In this document: positions 12,017 to 25,884 of the stretch, in pieces
How positions within the stretch are numbered: position 1 is the first letter of the stretch
Layout: each line of letters starts with the position of its first letter
NCBI GenBank assembly: GCA_013239625.1
Contig: MU054187.1
Location: forward strand, 18,096,711 to 18,160,710
Origin: Lama guanicoe
Taxonomy: Eukaryota
DNA length: 64,000 nt
Reading direction: 5' to 3'
Program-made: the position numbers and the translations under genes
The notes under the pieces: generated by a model
What the model saw: the letters and a program-made list of their open reading frames with translations, nothing else
The model's database searches: none
What the model was told of the DNA's origin: nothing

Positions 12017-12838
12017 TCAAAATCATAAAACAGAAAGTAGAATTGTTACCGAATTGGTGGAATGGACCTGCCTGGGGTCCTTGCCTAGGCTGAGAGCCCT
12101 TGTCTCAGATTCGCACAGCCACTAACAAAACCAGTGCTGATAATGGAACAGCACAAGCTTTATTCAATGGCCGAAGAATGGAAAAGTGAGAACTTAGTTT
12201 TCAACCTGTTTTAGGCAGAGACACCATGTATATATGGGAGGGTCCAGGTAGAAGGGAGGGAATTTGAAAGAGTGGGAGGAGTATTCATGACTTATCCAAG
12301 AAACAGAGGTGTGGTTTGGACCTGGAACTGCTGCAGCATTCCTTTTCAGCACTTGTAAGGGCTTTTCTGGTTGTTGTCATGGCAATTGACTACTATCATG
12401 GCACAGGTGGTTGTGCCATTTAGCAAGGTAATCTATTACAATGAGTATATAATGAGTCTCAAGTTCTACTGGAAATCAGATCTTCCTCCATCTTGGGCCT
12501 AGTTGGTTCTAACCAGTTCTTGTTTCTCTCTTTGCAGCTTCCTCCTGAAACTTAGATAAAAGCAATTGGTTTCCAGTCAAGGGAGGGGCAGGGGTATGAT
12601 TCTGAAACAACAGCCTTGGTAATAGAATGTTGATTGCCAGGAGCCGGGAGGAGGGGGAAAGAGGAGTCATTATTTAATGGGTATAGAGTTTCAGTTTTAT
12701 AAGATAAAAATATTTCTTGAGATAGATGGTTGTAACGGTTGCACAAAAATGTGAATATACTTAATACCACTTCATTGCACATTTAAATATGGTTTAAATG
12801 GTAAATCTTATGCATATTTACTATAATTGGTTAAAAAG
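12017..12838 (+). mobile_element. L1MB 3' end split by an LTR insertion
   Basis: 'cagaaagtagaat' rejoins 'gttgattgccaggagcc...tttaatgggtatagagtttcagtttt...aatggtaaat'. Confidence 0.8.
12044..12624 (-). mobile_element. ERV1-class solo LTR (581 bp)
   Basis: Termini tgttacc...ggtaata; 4-bp TSD GAAT at 12040-12043 and 12625-12628; reverse AATAAA near left end. Confidence 0.88.
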
Positions 12839-13959
12839 CTGCATGTTTTCAAGACCAATTATCTATAAGCACTCACATTTATTTACATATTGATTCATTT
12901 TGAAAGGATAATGGGTTTCATTTGAAAATTGCTTTTAGATTATAAAAATAATGTAGCAATATGCCAGAATTAATAGTACATATGACAAAAAGTTTGGCAT
13001 AAAGAGAAAAAAAACTAATCCCAAATTACATGAGCCTAGAACTATAATTTTAAAATTAAAAAAAAAATCTAACCTCCCTCAAAATTTGTTCCTGAGGAAA
13101 CTATTTCCTTGAGATGTTAATCAATGCTACAAGGAAAGGGGATTATGGTGTTAAATACATTTGAAAAATAATAAGCTAAACAAAGGGTAACAGTGTTCTT
13201 TTGTACAAGATTCTTTTGTACAAGTTCTCACTGTGCTCTTATTATGCTGTTAGAAATAGTGAACACCTAAGAGGATGAATAGAATGCACAGAATATTCCA
13301 AACAAAGTTGACTTTCTTGACCACAGAGTGTGTCCTACAACTAGTGCTTTGTTGTATACACTTTTGGAAATAGTATTTTAAGCAGTTATTATAGTATGTA
13401 AAGTTTATATACTGCTTTGTAACCTGCCTTCAAAGTGAATGTTTTAACAGTGAATTTCAATTATAAGTGCAATTCACTGTTAGCACTGTGCTAGATTCTG
13501 AAATAATCATAAGGACTTGATCCTTTTCTGCAAGCTGCTAACTATTTATTTCAAAATGTACGTTGAAGTAAATAGGTCATTTCAATACAATGTGACAAGT
13601 GATTTAATAAGAGACAAAGTAGATTTTTTAATAATTAATAAAAACAATTCCTAACACAAGACTGGAGAATTTGGAAAGATATTCTAGAGAAAGTGATGTC
13701 TAAACTAAGATCTGTGGTTTAAAAAAGGAGTGGTCTTGATGAAGAGGATTAGAATAGAGTTCTCCATGTAGAAGAGCAGGATAAGCAAAAACAGGAGGCA
13801 AAGAGGGGGCAAACTCTTCACTTTAATGTATATAATATAATATACTTAACCAGTGAACTGTAAGTCTTTTGTTTGATCAACTTTTTACCATTGTATATAT
13901 TTTCACATTACTCAGAAAGATATGATGAGTGTGTTTACTTGAAGGTTGTTACATTTCAG

Positions 13960-14147
13960 ATTTTTTCTTTCTTTCTTTCTTTCTTTCTTGTTTTCTTTCT
14001 TTCTTTTAATTTTTTATTGATTAATTTTAATCAGTTACAATGTGTCAATTTCTGGTGTACAACATAATGATCCAGACATGCATATAGATATATATATTCA
14101 TTTTCATACTTTTTCATTAAAGGTTATTATAAGATGTTGAATATAGT
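13960..14147 (-). mobile_element. Young camelid-type L1 3' end with (TTTC)n/T-rich tail
   Basis: 'tcagttacaatgtgtcaatttctggtgtacaacataatg...tcattaaaggttattataagat' after a T-rich tract. Confidence 0.7.
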
Positions 14148-14982
14148 GTTATATGAATTGGAAAACTCACCAGTGGCTTTTGTAAATAAGAGTTTTCATG
14201 AATCCCCATGATTACTAGTATATTTACTAAATTCCTTTTCCTTATAGCACTGATTAACATCCCATGGGAGTATTTAGTGTTCTCAGGAACACATTGTTAT
14301 GGAGACTAGATTTTAAGAAATCATATTAAAACAGAATAACATGTGTACAATTTAAATAGTTGTAGCTCTGGGCTTATGCAATTATAGATCAGATTTTTCC
14401 TTTTTATACCAAAGTGTCTAGAATATATACATTTTTATTTTTATTATCTAAAATCAATTTTCCCATGAAATGAGTATTTTTGCTTCTATTCCCCTTTCAA
14501 AACAAATCTATCTATATCCCTCTATGTATATAGACTATATATAGATTAACTATACCTATAAAGTATCATATGAAATACATTTATCTTATCTAATATAATA
14601 TTACATGTAATATTACAATATTAAATGGCTAACATTTTTTAGCACATACATTATATTATTCATGATTTTGATGAAGGCTAAACTTTATTTCTCTTTCATG
14701 TAAATTCCTGGAGTTGGGCAGCCCAGGGCTGGTATATCGCTCTTCTCCATGAGATCCTCTGGGATCCGGGCTCTCTTCTTCTCACTGCTCTGCCATCCCT
14801 AGGCAGATGAGTGGAAGAAAGGGATGGAGTAGTGAAGGAAGGGGCACTTCGCAGCTGCTTCTTATGAAAGAAAGATTGCAGAAACCACATTCTTCTGCTC
14901 TCATCTATTGGCACATGGCCATGCTTAGCTGCAAGGTGCAGCAGCATTGAGGGAGTAGGCAAGCTAAATTTGGAAGTCCATG

Positions 14983-15231
14983 TGTTACCAGAGGGTAGGT
15001 TCTTGTCTCTCGCAGGAAAGAATTCAAGAAGGAGCCATGGTAAAGTGAAAGTAGATTTATTCAGGAAGATACACACCCCATAGACAAAGTGGCAAGGGAG
15101 GCGAACCCAAGCTGTAGGGGTGGTTAATTTTTATGGCTGGGTAATTTCATATACTAGCAAGTGGGGGGATTATTCCAATTGTTTTGGAAAAGGAGCAGAG
15201 ATTTTCAGGAATTGGGGCCCACCCACTTTTA
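14983..15231 (-). mobile_element. Truncated ERV1 LTR, same family as 12044 and 16670, adjacent to an MLT1 remnant (~14680-14980)
   Basis: Starts 'tgttacc'; shares 'caggaaagaattcaag', 'gatttatt', 'acacaccccatagaca' with the 16670 element. Confidence 0.7.
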
Positions 15232-16534
15232 AATAGGAGGTGACAACACTGATAGTCTTAACATGATAGTAACTGTGGTAGTAGCAGCACAGAAACAAAG
15301 AACAGTCTCTGGATTCAGCCCCAGGGCTGTCTATTATTTTCTGACATTATGCTGCCTTTCAACACTCCTCAGCGACCTTACCAGTAATTTTAAAAAATGT
15401 TTTTGATTTAACTGAGACCAAGAAACAGGGAGATTAAAAACACTGTTTTAATGATGCTGAAACAGCCCGTTGATTCTATCAATTAATCCAATCAATAGAC
15501 ATAATTGACCACTGTTTAATAAAAAGTCAATTTACTTTAAGATCCCTGATTCAATGATCTGAGTGAAATAACTTGCTCTGCTTTACTAACTTTTCTCTTT
15601 TTGTCCCATTGCTATTGCAACTCTAAGGTTCAGATAGCATCTTTTACCTATAGTAATGGAGCTTAAATGAAAACCTAAATCTCTAGTCTTCTTACTAGAT
15701 TGTTTGCCAATATATCCTATTGCTGAACATTCAGCTTAAGCTGAGAAGTTTCCTTTTTAGGCAATTTCAGTGTTTCTATAAAAGAACCTGGGGTTATTTT
15801 CTAATGTAAAGATTCCTGGGCACCACTTACGCCTTATTAAATTAGAATCTATCCTGATGTGACCCCATTATCTACCTATTAGTAATTCTCCCATGTTTGT
15901 CTTATGCCTGCACACATGTATTTCATCTTCAACCTTCCCTGCCATCATGTCTCCTAGTTATTCAAGGTAACCCTAGCAGGATTAGAACAATAATCAAGAG
16001 TCCTCTTATCTGAAGAGTTTTGCAAAGCTCTCTGCTTCAACTAAATTTAGAAAAATACCAAAACAAACAAACAAATCAAAGACTGATAAAATTCTTTCCC
16101 AAGGTGCTCCACATTCACTGACAGACAAAACCTGGTCAGCACCAGTCTGTGAACTACAGGGTCAGGCTAGAAAACACGGGAAATCCAGAACCTCTAAGAC
16201 AGCAGGAGGACAATTTCAGACTTTGTCAGCATTCTATTCAAGCCATGAGCAGTATTTACTGAGCAAAACTCAGCATTCCGATCTTGCTAAACAGAGAACT
16301 GACCTCCAAGTACATTCTGCGGAGTCATTTTATAGAGGCATATTTAGCTGAATGGAGATGCCTGATTTAGTAGATTCCTTCACTTTTGAGTCAAGGATAT
16401 GACTTTCAACTGGCACAGCAATGACCTGGCAGAACTGAACATAGTGACCACCTTACACTCTCACTAGCATCTTAAGTCTGGCCTATAAACATGTCATGTT
16501 AACTAGATTAAAATCTCTCTGAAGGAACAGTTTC

Positions 16535-17430
16535 TTTATTATTATTGTAAAATATGCATAAGAAAATTTATCATTTTAACCATTTTTTAAGTGTATAATC
16601 CTGTCACATTAAATACATTCACCACCCATCTTCAGAACTCTTTTCATCTTGCAAAACAACCTCTGTACCTGATGCAGGAAAACAGATGTGGGGAGTGAGA
16701 AGGGCTGAGTCCCAGGTCTCGGTTGAGCCCCTGGGACGTGCCCCGCCAGGTGTGGGTCCTTGGCTTAGCCCAGGAAAGAATTCAAGTGCGAGCCACAGTT
16801 GAGTAAAGGTATTTATTTAAAGAGCTACACACTGCATAGAGTGTAAGGCAAGAGAAAGGCAAGGAAAGAGGTGTGGGAGTTGGGTGCTCAGATAAAAGTA
16901 AAAGTAGGTACACACTCCATAGACAGAGTCCGGGTCGTCTCCTAAGAAGAGGGAGCGAAAAAGGGCCACTAGACGTGGTGTTGTCAGTTTTTATGGACTC
17001 AGTAGCCTCACATGCCTAAAGGTGGGACCATTCCAACTGCCTTGGGGAAGAGCCACCACTCACTCTTTGGCCTTTTGTGGTTAGCCTTGGGACTGTCATA
17101 GTGCCTGCGGGCATGTTTTTATCACACTGTTACTATGAGCATATAATGAAGCTCAAGGTCTACTAGAAGTCAAACCTCTTAATCCTAAAGGCCAACTGGG
17201 CATTGAATCTTCCACCATTTTGGTGAATCTTCCCCCTTTTTGGTGTTAAATTGCTGTCATTCCATGAGTGGCTGTGCCCTGCCCCCTTCCCTCCTGTCTA
17301 ATACCTATTAAACAGCTCCCCATTCTCGTCTCCCCCCAGCCCCTGGAAACCACCATTCCACTTTCAGTCTCTATAATTTTGACTATGCTAGATACTTAAG
17401 AAGAATCAGACAGGATTTGTTATTTTTCTT
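16535..17430 (-). mobile_element. L1MB 3' end split by an LTR insertion
   Basis: 'ttttcatcttgcaaaac...ctctgtacc' rejoins 'tattaaacagctcccc...ccctggaaaccaccattccacttt'. Confidence 0.8.
16670..17301 (-). mobile_element. ERV1-class solo LTR (632 bp)
   Basis: 4-bp TSD TACC at 16666-16669 and 17302-17305; starts TG; shares 'gagcatataatgaagctcaaggtctactagaagtca' with 12044 element. Confidence 0.88.
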
Positions 17431-17789
17431 ATTTAGCTTTGTATTCCTTATGTAATCAGGAACAATGACTTTTCTACAAGAGACAGTAAAAAAAAATTGT
17501 TGATATAAACTACATACGCATTTGGGTTCTACACGGAAAAACTATTGGTTTCAAAGTTTTAAGGAAAAAATAATGAAACAAAAACACCAAAAAAAATCAT
17601 TGAGTTTCATGGAAAACTAAGTTGAGAAATATAAGAATAATATAACACCTTAATCATCTCATTAAAGGCAAAGATTTCCAGAATTGTTTTTGTCTGATAA
17701 CTTGGCCACTATCCCCAGTCTGCACACTGCATTCTTTGCTTTCAATAAAAATGAATAGGGATGTTAATTTCAAAGTTTCTTAGAAGAGA

Positions 17790-18640
17790 AGGTTTTGCTC
17801 TGGAGAGGTGGCCTATGAAAAGAAATCTGGATGAGACAAGGTTTCCTCCCTGTTCACTCTTGTGAACAGGTAGGAAACTGTTCCAGTCGGAAGGAACAAA
17901 CATCTCAAAAGGCCTGAGGCAGGAATGTTCTTGGATGTTTCCTGAAGAGTGAGCTGGAGCAGAGTAAGCTGGGTGGGGGTTAGGGGGCAATAGTAAAAGT
18001 CAAGGTCAAAAAGGGTGCAGAGAGACACATTCTATCAGCTTTGCAGGTGTGGCATTTGTGCTGTGTGAGTTGGGCAATTATTGGAGAGTTCAAGCATGGG
18101 AGCCACATAGCCTGATTTATTTGCCCGCTTTGGTTACTATGTCAGGGCCAAGAGTAGACACAGAGGCCAGTGAGAAGATGCGTTCAGCTCGGATGGGGTT
18201 GAGAGTAGTGGAAATCGCAAGAAGTGGCAAGGTACAGGGAGTATTTTGAAGGTGATGCTGATGTGGCCTGATTAGAAATGAGAGCTTGGAAAGAGAGGAA
18301 TTTTAAATGACCGCTATGTTTTGATTTTATATATATTTTTCACCCTGAGCAGATCAGTGAATTAAAGTGTCATCTACTGAAATGGGGAAGACTGGGGGCA
18401 GGGGAGGGGTGAGAATCAGAAATTTGGAGGTTAGAAGATGTCAGTTTAGATGAGGTAGAGACTCCTATTAGATATTCATTTGGAGAAGCTGCATTGGCAC
18501 GAAGATGACATAGCAGCCTGGAGTTCAAGGGCAAGGCTAGAAAACTAGGGACACTTATTTGACTGTCATCATCAAAACAGTGATATGTAAAGCTATGCAA
18601 GTAACTGAATGAGGTAACCTAAGGAGTGAATGTAAATGCT
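17790..18640 (-). mobile_element. L2 LINE fragment
   Basis: Purine-rich antisense L2 motifs: 'aaaggcctgaggcagg', 'gctggagcagagt', 'actgaaatggggaagactggggg', 'gcctggagttcaagg'. Confidence 0.75.
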
Positions 18641-21600
18641 TGAATATATTTTGTTAACATATTAAAAACACTTGAGTCTCATCTGCCTTCATACAGTGGG
18701 TGTTGCTGAATTGGGAAACTAGCACACCATGTATCTATAGCTATGTCTACATCTCTATCTTGGTATCTATCTATCTATCTCCCCATAGAGAGTGCTATAT
18801 ATAACTGGGGGAAAAAAAAAAGAAAATGTATTTTGCAATTTCCTGAATAGATGCACTAAAATTTCTCTGCTTTTTGACAAGCCAGCAAGCCAGTATATTT
18901 TTTTCCTTATAACTCATAAATAATTGAAAATAACAAACAGCTTACTGTAATAAAGAACTTTTATGTGATACTAAAATATTCTCTTGCACATGTTAGTATT
19001 GGCCATAAACAGTACACTGAAGTCAAAAGTAAATGGCATGAGCAGGAAATTTCATTAGATTTTAAATTAGGACAAATAAAATTCCATCATGTTATGGTTG
19101 CTAGTAAGTTCAATTTGATTAAACACATATTTATTGCATGTCTATTACATGCCTGGCATCACACTAAGAGAAAGGACACAAAGATAAGCAAAAATAGTCA
19201 CAGACTTCAGTTTACATTCTGGTAGAAGACAGCTTTATCCCAATAATCACACTGCTTATTGTACAATTACATATTGAGATAAAAGATATGAGAAGTCAGA
19301 GATGATTTCATGAGAAAGTGTCACTTGAAACTGGTGAAGAGAAGTTTACAAAACAAATGGGATCTGGGAGATGGACATTGTGTGTTCCACAAAATGAAGA
19401 AATCCAGTATAGTTGGAGAAATGATAAAAAAGATGGGTGATAAAGTTGTCAGCACTCTTAATCCTGCTTTGTGTGATTTTTGTAAAATATTTTTAAATTT
19501 TTGTGATTCACTTTTCTCACCTGGAAAACATGATATGTCTTTTTTTTTAAATTATTATTATCTCAAAGATCCTTTTCACTCAAAAACTGTAGAATTCTAA
19601 CTTTCCTGCTCATGATTTTTAATGTTTGGGGGTGCTGTCCATGGTGCTAGAAAGTAGCTGTAAAAAAGAGGTGATCTAGGCCAATGCTCCCAGACCAGAC
19701 CATTCTTTGGAATCACCGAAGACACCACACCCAACATATACTGAATTATAATCCTCAGGATTAGAGCCCTTAAGTCTATATCTTTGTATATATTTGCTCT
19801 TAGGTGGATCGAACACATAATATGCAAAACTGCTTTCCAGGACTACTGTCCGGAGTAGTGTTTTCAACTCTGGCATATATCAAATATGTTGAGAACTTTT
19901 TAAACTATTTACAAGCAGACCCTTCTCAGGAATAACTAAATCAGAATCTCTAGAAGAGAAACCCAGTAATGAGTATTTTCTCAAAGATTCCCACGTTGAT
20001 TCTAACAGACAGCCAGTAGCCATATGAAGGGATTTGAATTAAATGGGAATATTTTCTACTTTTACATGTGAAATGAATCACCAAAAAGATTGTCTATAAA
20101 GAATTTATGGTATCAACACACATGCACAACCCCCCAGACACACACATAAATAAAAGGACAAGGCTATTTTGCCGATGACATTTGAATCAACTGAGTAAGA
20201 AACATGTGGAAGTAAATATTCAGAAGTATCCATTAAAATATTCTTTATAAAAATGTTAACTAAAAGCCTACAAAAATTGTTAACTGAATACCAGTTAGTC
20301 TGAATACCAATAACTTTACATCAATTTTTCTTCCATTGACAATATATTCAATTATGACAAGCTTAACCACAATATTTTTATTGCATATATAGTATCTTAC
20401 AATTTCCTTGTGAAAGGAGGTCAGCAGGAATACAGATATTTGTGATTTGAGGTCATAACTAATTATACTTCTCTTACTGTATTTCTGAGCTAGAAACCAT
20501 TCAAGAAGCACAACTGGTAGTCAACAGATAGAAATAAGATAAATATATACATTTTTATTGTTAAAAAAAATACGGAGAACACAAGCTGGATGGAAAGCCA
20601 AAACCACTTTTGATACATTCCTGAAAGTGTAACCATGAGAGATAATCTATCCATGAAAGTCATTTATCTTTCCTTAGGTAAAAATGAGTGAAAGACAGAA
20701 AGAAACTAGAAGTATTTCTTGCATGCTCTTTTCTCCTGAGGATCGAAGGATGAAATTTACCCTGGTATGATAACATAAAGGTAGAGTATAAATAATTTGT
20801 ACTACAAAGAGATTTTTTAAATTTGCCTAAATATTTAATCTAGAAAGAACTTTAAGAATAGGACAATTTGTTAGCTCAGGAATTATACTCCTTCCTGTGG
20901 TTATTTTTATCACCAGAGCATCATGTAAATGTATAAAGATACTGTAAAATATTAATCTAAAAATGGGCTTGATTATAAATTATTTGACAGTCATATCTTT
21001 AAAATGCTCTTGTGTTAATTGCAAACCTTATTGCTTTTGTTTCAAAGCAGCTCTTTTAAAGCTCACTCCTACTCATCACTGCATCAGTCCCTGGGCACGA
21101 CGTCCCTGGCAAATAAGGCTCTCTTCCTATAACCCACAGGAGAGGCTCACCTTACATTGGCTCTGACCCTGGTTTCAATGTACTATTTCTTAATAGTGTC
21201 CCAATCAACCAGTTGATTTGTTACATTCAGTCAGTTAATAAATCAATATGAGTATATAAATGGATGGATTATCAGAATGAGTTTATTCATCAATACAATA
21301 TAATCCAAAGTAAATATTTAGAAGGCACACAGATAGACTTCCAAAACTGTAACTTTAATATCCTCAGTGATGCTGTCTTTCTACAACAGGCCCTTGCACC
21401 ACTGGCCCAACTAATGTCTTATTTATGATAGGGAATCAATAATTATTGAACAATCTAAATAAGATGAAAACTTATGGTGACCCTGCTCAGATTCACTGAA
21501 TCCAGTTCATGCCCATGAGTGATCCTTAGATCCACCCACAATTCTCTCAGCTGTCAAAAAACAACGAAACCCAGTGCGGGGAGCAAAATCATGGGAAATA

Positions 21601-23227
21601 AAATGAAGAAAGGTTATTTCTTTCAGAATTTCTAAACATGCATTCTTAATAAGAGCAAAGAATATGAGGGAATAAGAAACTGGTTCAAAAGAAGCAGCAT
21701 GAGGTTAAACAGTCAACGTCAGACTACAATTTGATATAATTCAACTGCAAGTCCAGAGCACCTGCTAAGCATTCTATATGTCCTCATGTGGAATGTAAAG
21801 ACATTCTACCAGTGGTGGGTGTAGTAAGAGTGGTGGTAGGGTGGTGCTGCTGGCAGAAGTAGTAGCAGGAATACTAATTTTAACAAGTTGATTATTTTAT
21901 GAAAATAATTTGTATATCTTATTGGACTCTGAAAGCAAAGATGTTAGATGGGCAGCTATGATTTATCCTCTTGTTTTAAATAGGCAAATTAGGTCTCATA
22001 ATGATGAGTATAGAGCAATAATAATTTAGTCCCATAACGAATCAAAAGTAAGGATTAAAAAAAAAAGATTAATGAAAGTAGTCCAAAGTCCAAAATAAAA
22101 GTCCAAGGCCTCAGGGTTAAAAAAGGTCATAGCAGAAAATCTCAGTAATAGGGCAAAAATGATAAACAAAACAAAAAACAAAATGAATGAATATTGAACC
22201 AATTAAATAAGATTCCTGCTTTCATTCTGTAGTAAATTGAACCATTATACTGGGGCATGAGTAAGTCCAGTCTGAGGGACACTGGGTCAGTGGGTTACTA
22301 ATCCACTCCCATCAGCCACAGAATCTCATTCATCATCTCAGTTGTGTCTACTAGTCCCTGAAATATACTGGAGCAAGAAAAGAGAAATCTGGGTGACTGC
22401 ATTTTCCTCAGAGCAAGGAGATATGTAAATGGCTTAAATGCAAAACTCATGTTTAATTCATTATGGTTCAAGTGATAAAATTTTAAGGAAAGTGTCAAGT
22501 AAGGCAGATAGATGATTTTAAAGGTCTTGGGTATTTCTGCTGTCGATATATCTTCAGTTCTCCAAGCTAGTATCATTTAACCTCCAAGCTCTCCTTCTTC
22601 ACAATGGAAAAAAAGGAAATAAAATCCCACATTTATCCTCACTAGGATTTATAAGAGAAATAATGCAAATGATGATAAAGGATGTTTCAAGAACATCGTA
22701 TTACTAAATACTTATGTCATATACAACCAGAGGACACAGAGATTCAGACCTCTTAAGGAACAGGAAGCCTAGAATTTAAGACAAAGGATGAGACAGACCA
22801 AAATCAGGAAGCAAACTAGATGACCAAGACAGAGCAGGGCTACCTGCCCACTGCGGTTGTGGCCAGCAAGGAACCACATGCCCTGAATGATATTAGAGCA
22901 TTTTTGTTGAGCATGGAAACCTTCCCAGAAGTTACTTATCCTACTGCATAATTCTGAATCACTTTACAGATGAGGGAGAAAAAGATGTCTTCCTGGATGC
23001 CATCCGCTAGCAGCAGACCTTAAATAGAGTAAATGGCAAATGTATGCCAATGTGGTTATAACACTGTTGAAATTATACTGAAGTGAAGGGATGTTATAAA
23101 AACAGGTATGCAATAAGAAAAATGGTATGACTTAGGAAAATAGGAGAAAGGGAGGAATTTTCAGTCCTCTGAAGGGGAGGAAAAGTTGATCAGAGAGCAT
23201 TTTTCCATTCTTAATGGCAGTAAGGCG

Positions 23228-23811
23228 TGCAGTGGAGAAATAAAGTAAAGCAGGACGCTGTGGGGTCCTCCCTGGTACAAATCCTTCCCCCCACCCCCCA
23301 CCCTAGTTCTTATTTGTAAGAAATAGGCTTCATTCAGCCTCCATGACCTTCCCTGAGTTCCAAAGGGCAGATTCAAACAATAGCTAATCAGGGAAGGGAG
23401 GGGCTACAGAAACAATGGAGGAGCAGTCAAAAAACAACAGTGCAGCCTAGGGCAGAGTCCTGGTTTCTCCTTAGGGAATGCACATAATACCTTTGAGTTC
23501 TTCTGCAGGAACAAAGGCCCCTACCCAGGTGGAGGATGGCAACTTCAGGCTGAGCACAAGATTCCTGGACCACCCTGTTACCTCACTACCAGCCAATTAG
23601 AAGAAATTCACACATCATACAGCTCTCACCCCAATTTGGGGTATAAATACTTTCCCCCCCAAAACCATCAGAGAATTCAGGTTTTCAGAGTGTGAGCCAC
23701 CCCGTCCTCCTTGCCTGGCCCTGCAATAAACCTTTCTTTGTTCCGAACTCTGATGTTTCCATCTGTTTGGCTTCACTGTCCATCGGGCACACAGACTTTC
23801 GTTCAGTACCA
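23228..23811 (+). mobile_element. ERV1-class solo LTR
   Basis: CCAAT-like 'agccaattagaag', TATA 'gtataaata' ~23641, AATAAA 23725-23730, ends 'cagtacca'. Confidence 0.75.
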
Positions 23812-24240
23812 GAAGTGACTACTCAGGTTATCCCAAAATAAAGGTAATTTCTCTTAAGAATGTCCCTCCACTGAAACAGAGGCTGAGAGTCCGAGAGAAC
23901 CAGATTCAAAGCTCATTTGTCTCTGATTGTACCTTCTATTTGGCTTGACTCTGGCGATCCACTCTGCAGTCATGTTTGAGAATCACTTTACAACAACCCC
24001 CTCCTCCCCTACCAGATATTCAGCTACTTCTGGGTCCTGTTGACACCCGTCATGTGAGCCAGGGGTGGATCAGGAAGGCTAACCTCGACGTCCCTGCAGT
24101 GTGACCCAGGACTGATGTGATTGCTTCTTAGGCTGATCAAAGGGAAACCCAAGATGTAACTATTTCCATAGGTTTTTTGTTTGTTTTTGTTTTTGTTTTT
24201 TTTAAATTGAAGCAGCCAGAGCTTCTTTTTGCCCTGGTAT

Positions 24241-24883
24241 TATTTCCGGTGGATCCGTCTGGTATTCCAGGTCCTTGTCCCGTCCCAGAAAGAATTCAAA
24301 GACAAGACATAGAGGTTAAAAAAAGTAAAGTGAGGATTTATTAAAGGATGAATAGTACACTCTCAAGGGGAGAGTGGCAGGTGCAGGTGAGCGGCTGCCC
24401 TGTGTTTCTTTGGCAAGTTAGTTACATAGGGTGTAAAAATGAATGGGCAGAATATTCACTGGGTGGGGGAAGGGTTGGGTGTCGTATTCCTGATTATCAT
24501 CCCAACTCCATCTTCCCCAAAGGAGGAGGGATTTTTGTCCTTATTTAGTCTGGATCAGAAGTGTCATGGAGTCAGTGCATTACGGGTACTTCCGATCTGC
24601 AAGGCTAATTTTATTGAAATGAGGGCATGATGAGCAAAAGTTACACTCGGATATGAGATTCCTGCCTTTTCTCACTTTTCATTGTTGGTCTCCAGGCCAA
24701 AAGGTGTGGCCCCTTATCAGCTCAAAGATTCCTGCTTTTCTCTCTCTGCCCAGGGACCCCTGGTGCTTACATGATGTATGTTTTCCTGCATCTGGCTTGT
24801 GCCCCTCCTTTCTGCCCAATTCCTGCCATTTGGTCTATGTCCCCCTTTCCCTGCTCACATCTAGCTATCTGCCTGCTCTAACT
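24241..24883 (-). mobile_element. ERV1-class solo LTR, relatively young
   Basis: Near-TSD GTAT (24237-24240)/GTGT (24884-24887); 'cagaaagaattcaaagacaagac', reverse AATAAA ~24337. Confidence 0.8.
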
Positions 24884-25349
24884 GTGTGGCCTTCACTAAT
24901 CTAGTGCAAGTGTATAACCTTTTGATCTCTTCCCTCTATCACATTATGCCTTTCCTCTTCTTTTAGGTAAATCTTTAGGTCTAGGCTAAGTTTGGCTATT
25001 GAGTTGCTAAAGTGTAAGATAAAGAAAGATAGTCTTTTTTCAAGATGTTCAAAGCTCTTAAGACTATTATCATCTTGCGGCAGATTGTCTTTTTGAATGT
25101 TAGAATCTCTCTTGTAGTATTTTTTTCCAGAGAGCACATTATAATCTCTACTCTGAATCAGAAAGACAAAAGGGATGCGTACATTAATAAGTTTCAAAAT
25201 ACCCTCCACTGAGTTTGTAAGAACAGTCCCTGGAATATGTCAAGCATTCAGTAAAACACACCGACTGCTATTTTTAGAATTATAACCATTTGTGTTAATA
25301 ATAACATTTAATAGTAATGCTAATCTGGTGCTCATCAGACAATGAGCAT

Positions 25350-25824
25350 AGGTTGCCGTGGGCAGAATGGGGTGGCCCGTTGTTGGCATGGTTGACACAC
25401 GGGTTGGTAAAAGAATTTACCAGAGATAAAGTATGGGAATAGAGAAAGAGTTTATTGGAATACACTGTCATAGACAACAGTGGGCCACACAGACAAGGTG
25501 TGCCTGTGTGAGGACCGAGGGCTGGTTGTGGAGTGTTTTATAAGTTGGGTCACAAGCTGTCTGATCGGCTTGTGCACAAGTCTCTGATTGGCTGCAGGTG
25601 AGGTAAGAGGTTTAGGATCCATGAAGGGCTGTGGGGTTTGACTCTGATAAGTTGGGCTGAAACAAGCCAGCCTGTGCTATTGCGAGATTAGGCCCTACCT
25701 AGGGCTATTGGTTTCTTAGGGGAAACACTCCCAGTAAAGAATGTACTTTATCCGTTGAGGGATCACAGCTGAGAGCCCAAGAGTAGAGGTTGCTGGACTT
25801 TGAAGGATATCAGCTGACCCAACA
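25350..25824 (-). mobile_element. ERV-type solo LTR
   Basis: Reverse AATAAA ('gagtttattgg'), reverse TATA ('tttataa'), two reverse CCAAT-like boxes ('ctgatcggct','ctgattggct'), right end 'cccaaca'. Confidence 0.65.
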
Positions 25825-25884
25825 TAAATGTCTTAAACTTGTGGTATGAGTAAATCATCCTTTCTTGCAAATTAATAAATAAGC

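Noticed and set aside
14696..15076. 126-aa minus-strand ORF
   Set aside because: Spans an LTR/MLT1 junction; no recognisable domain
19676..19876. 66-aa ORF that looks protein-like (…RLKGSNPEDYNSVYVGCG…)
   Set aside because: Overlaps degenerate MER5/Charlie-like sequence; no splice or homology support
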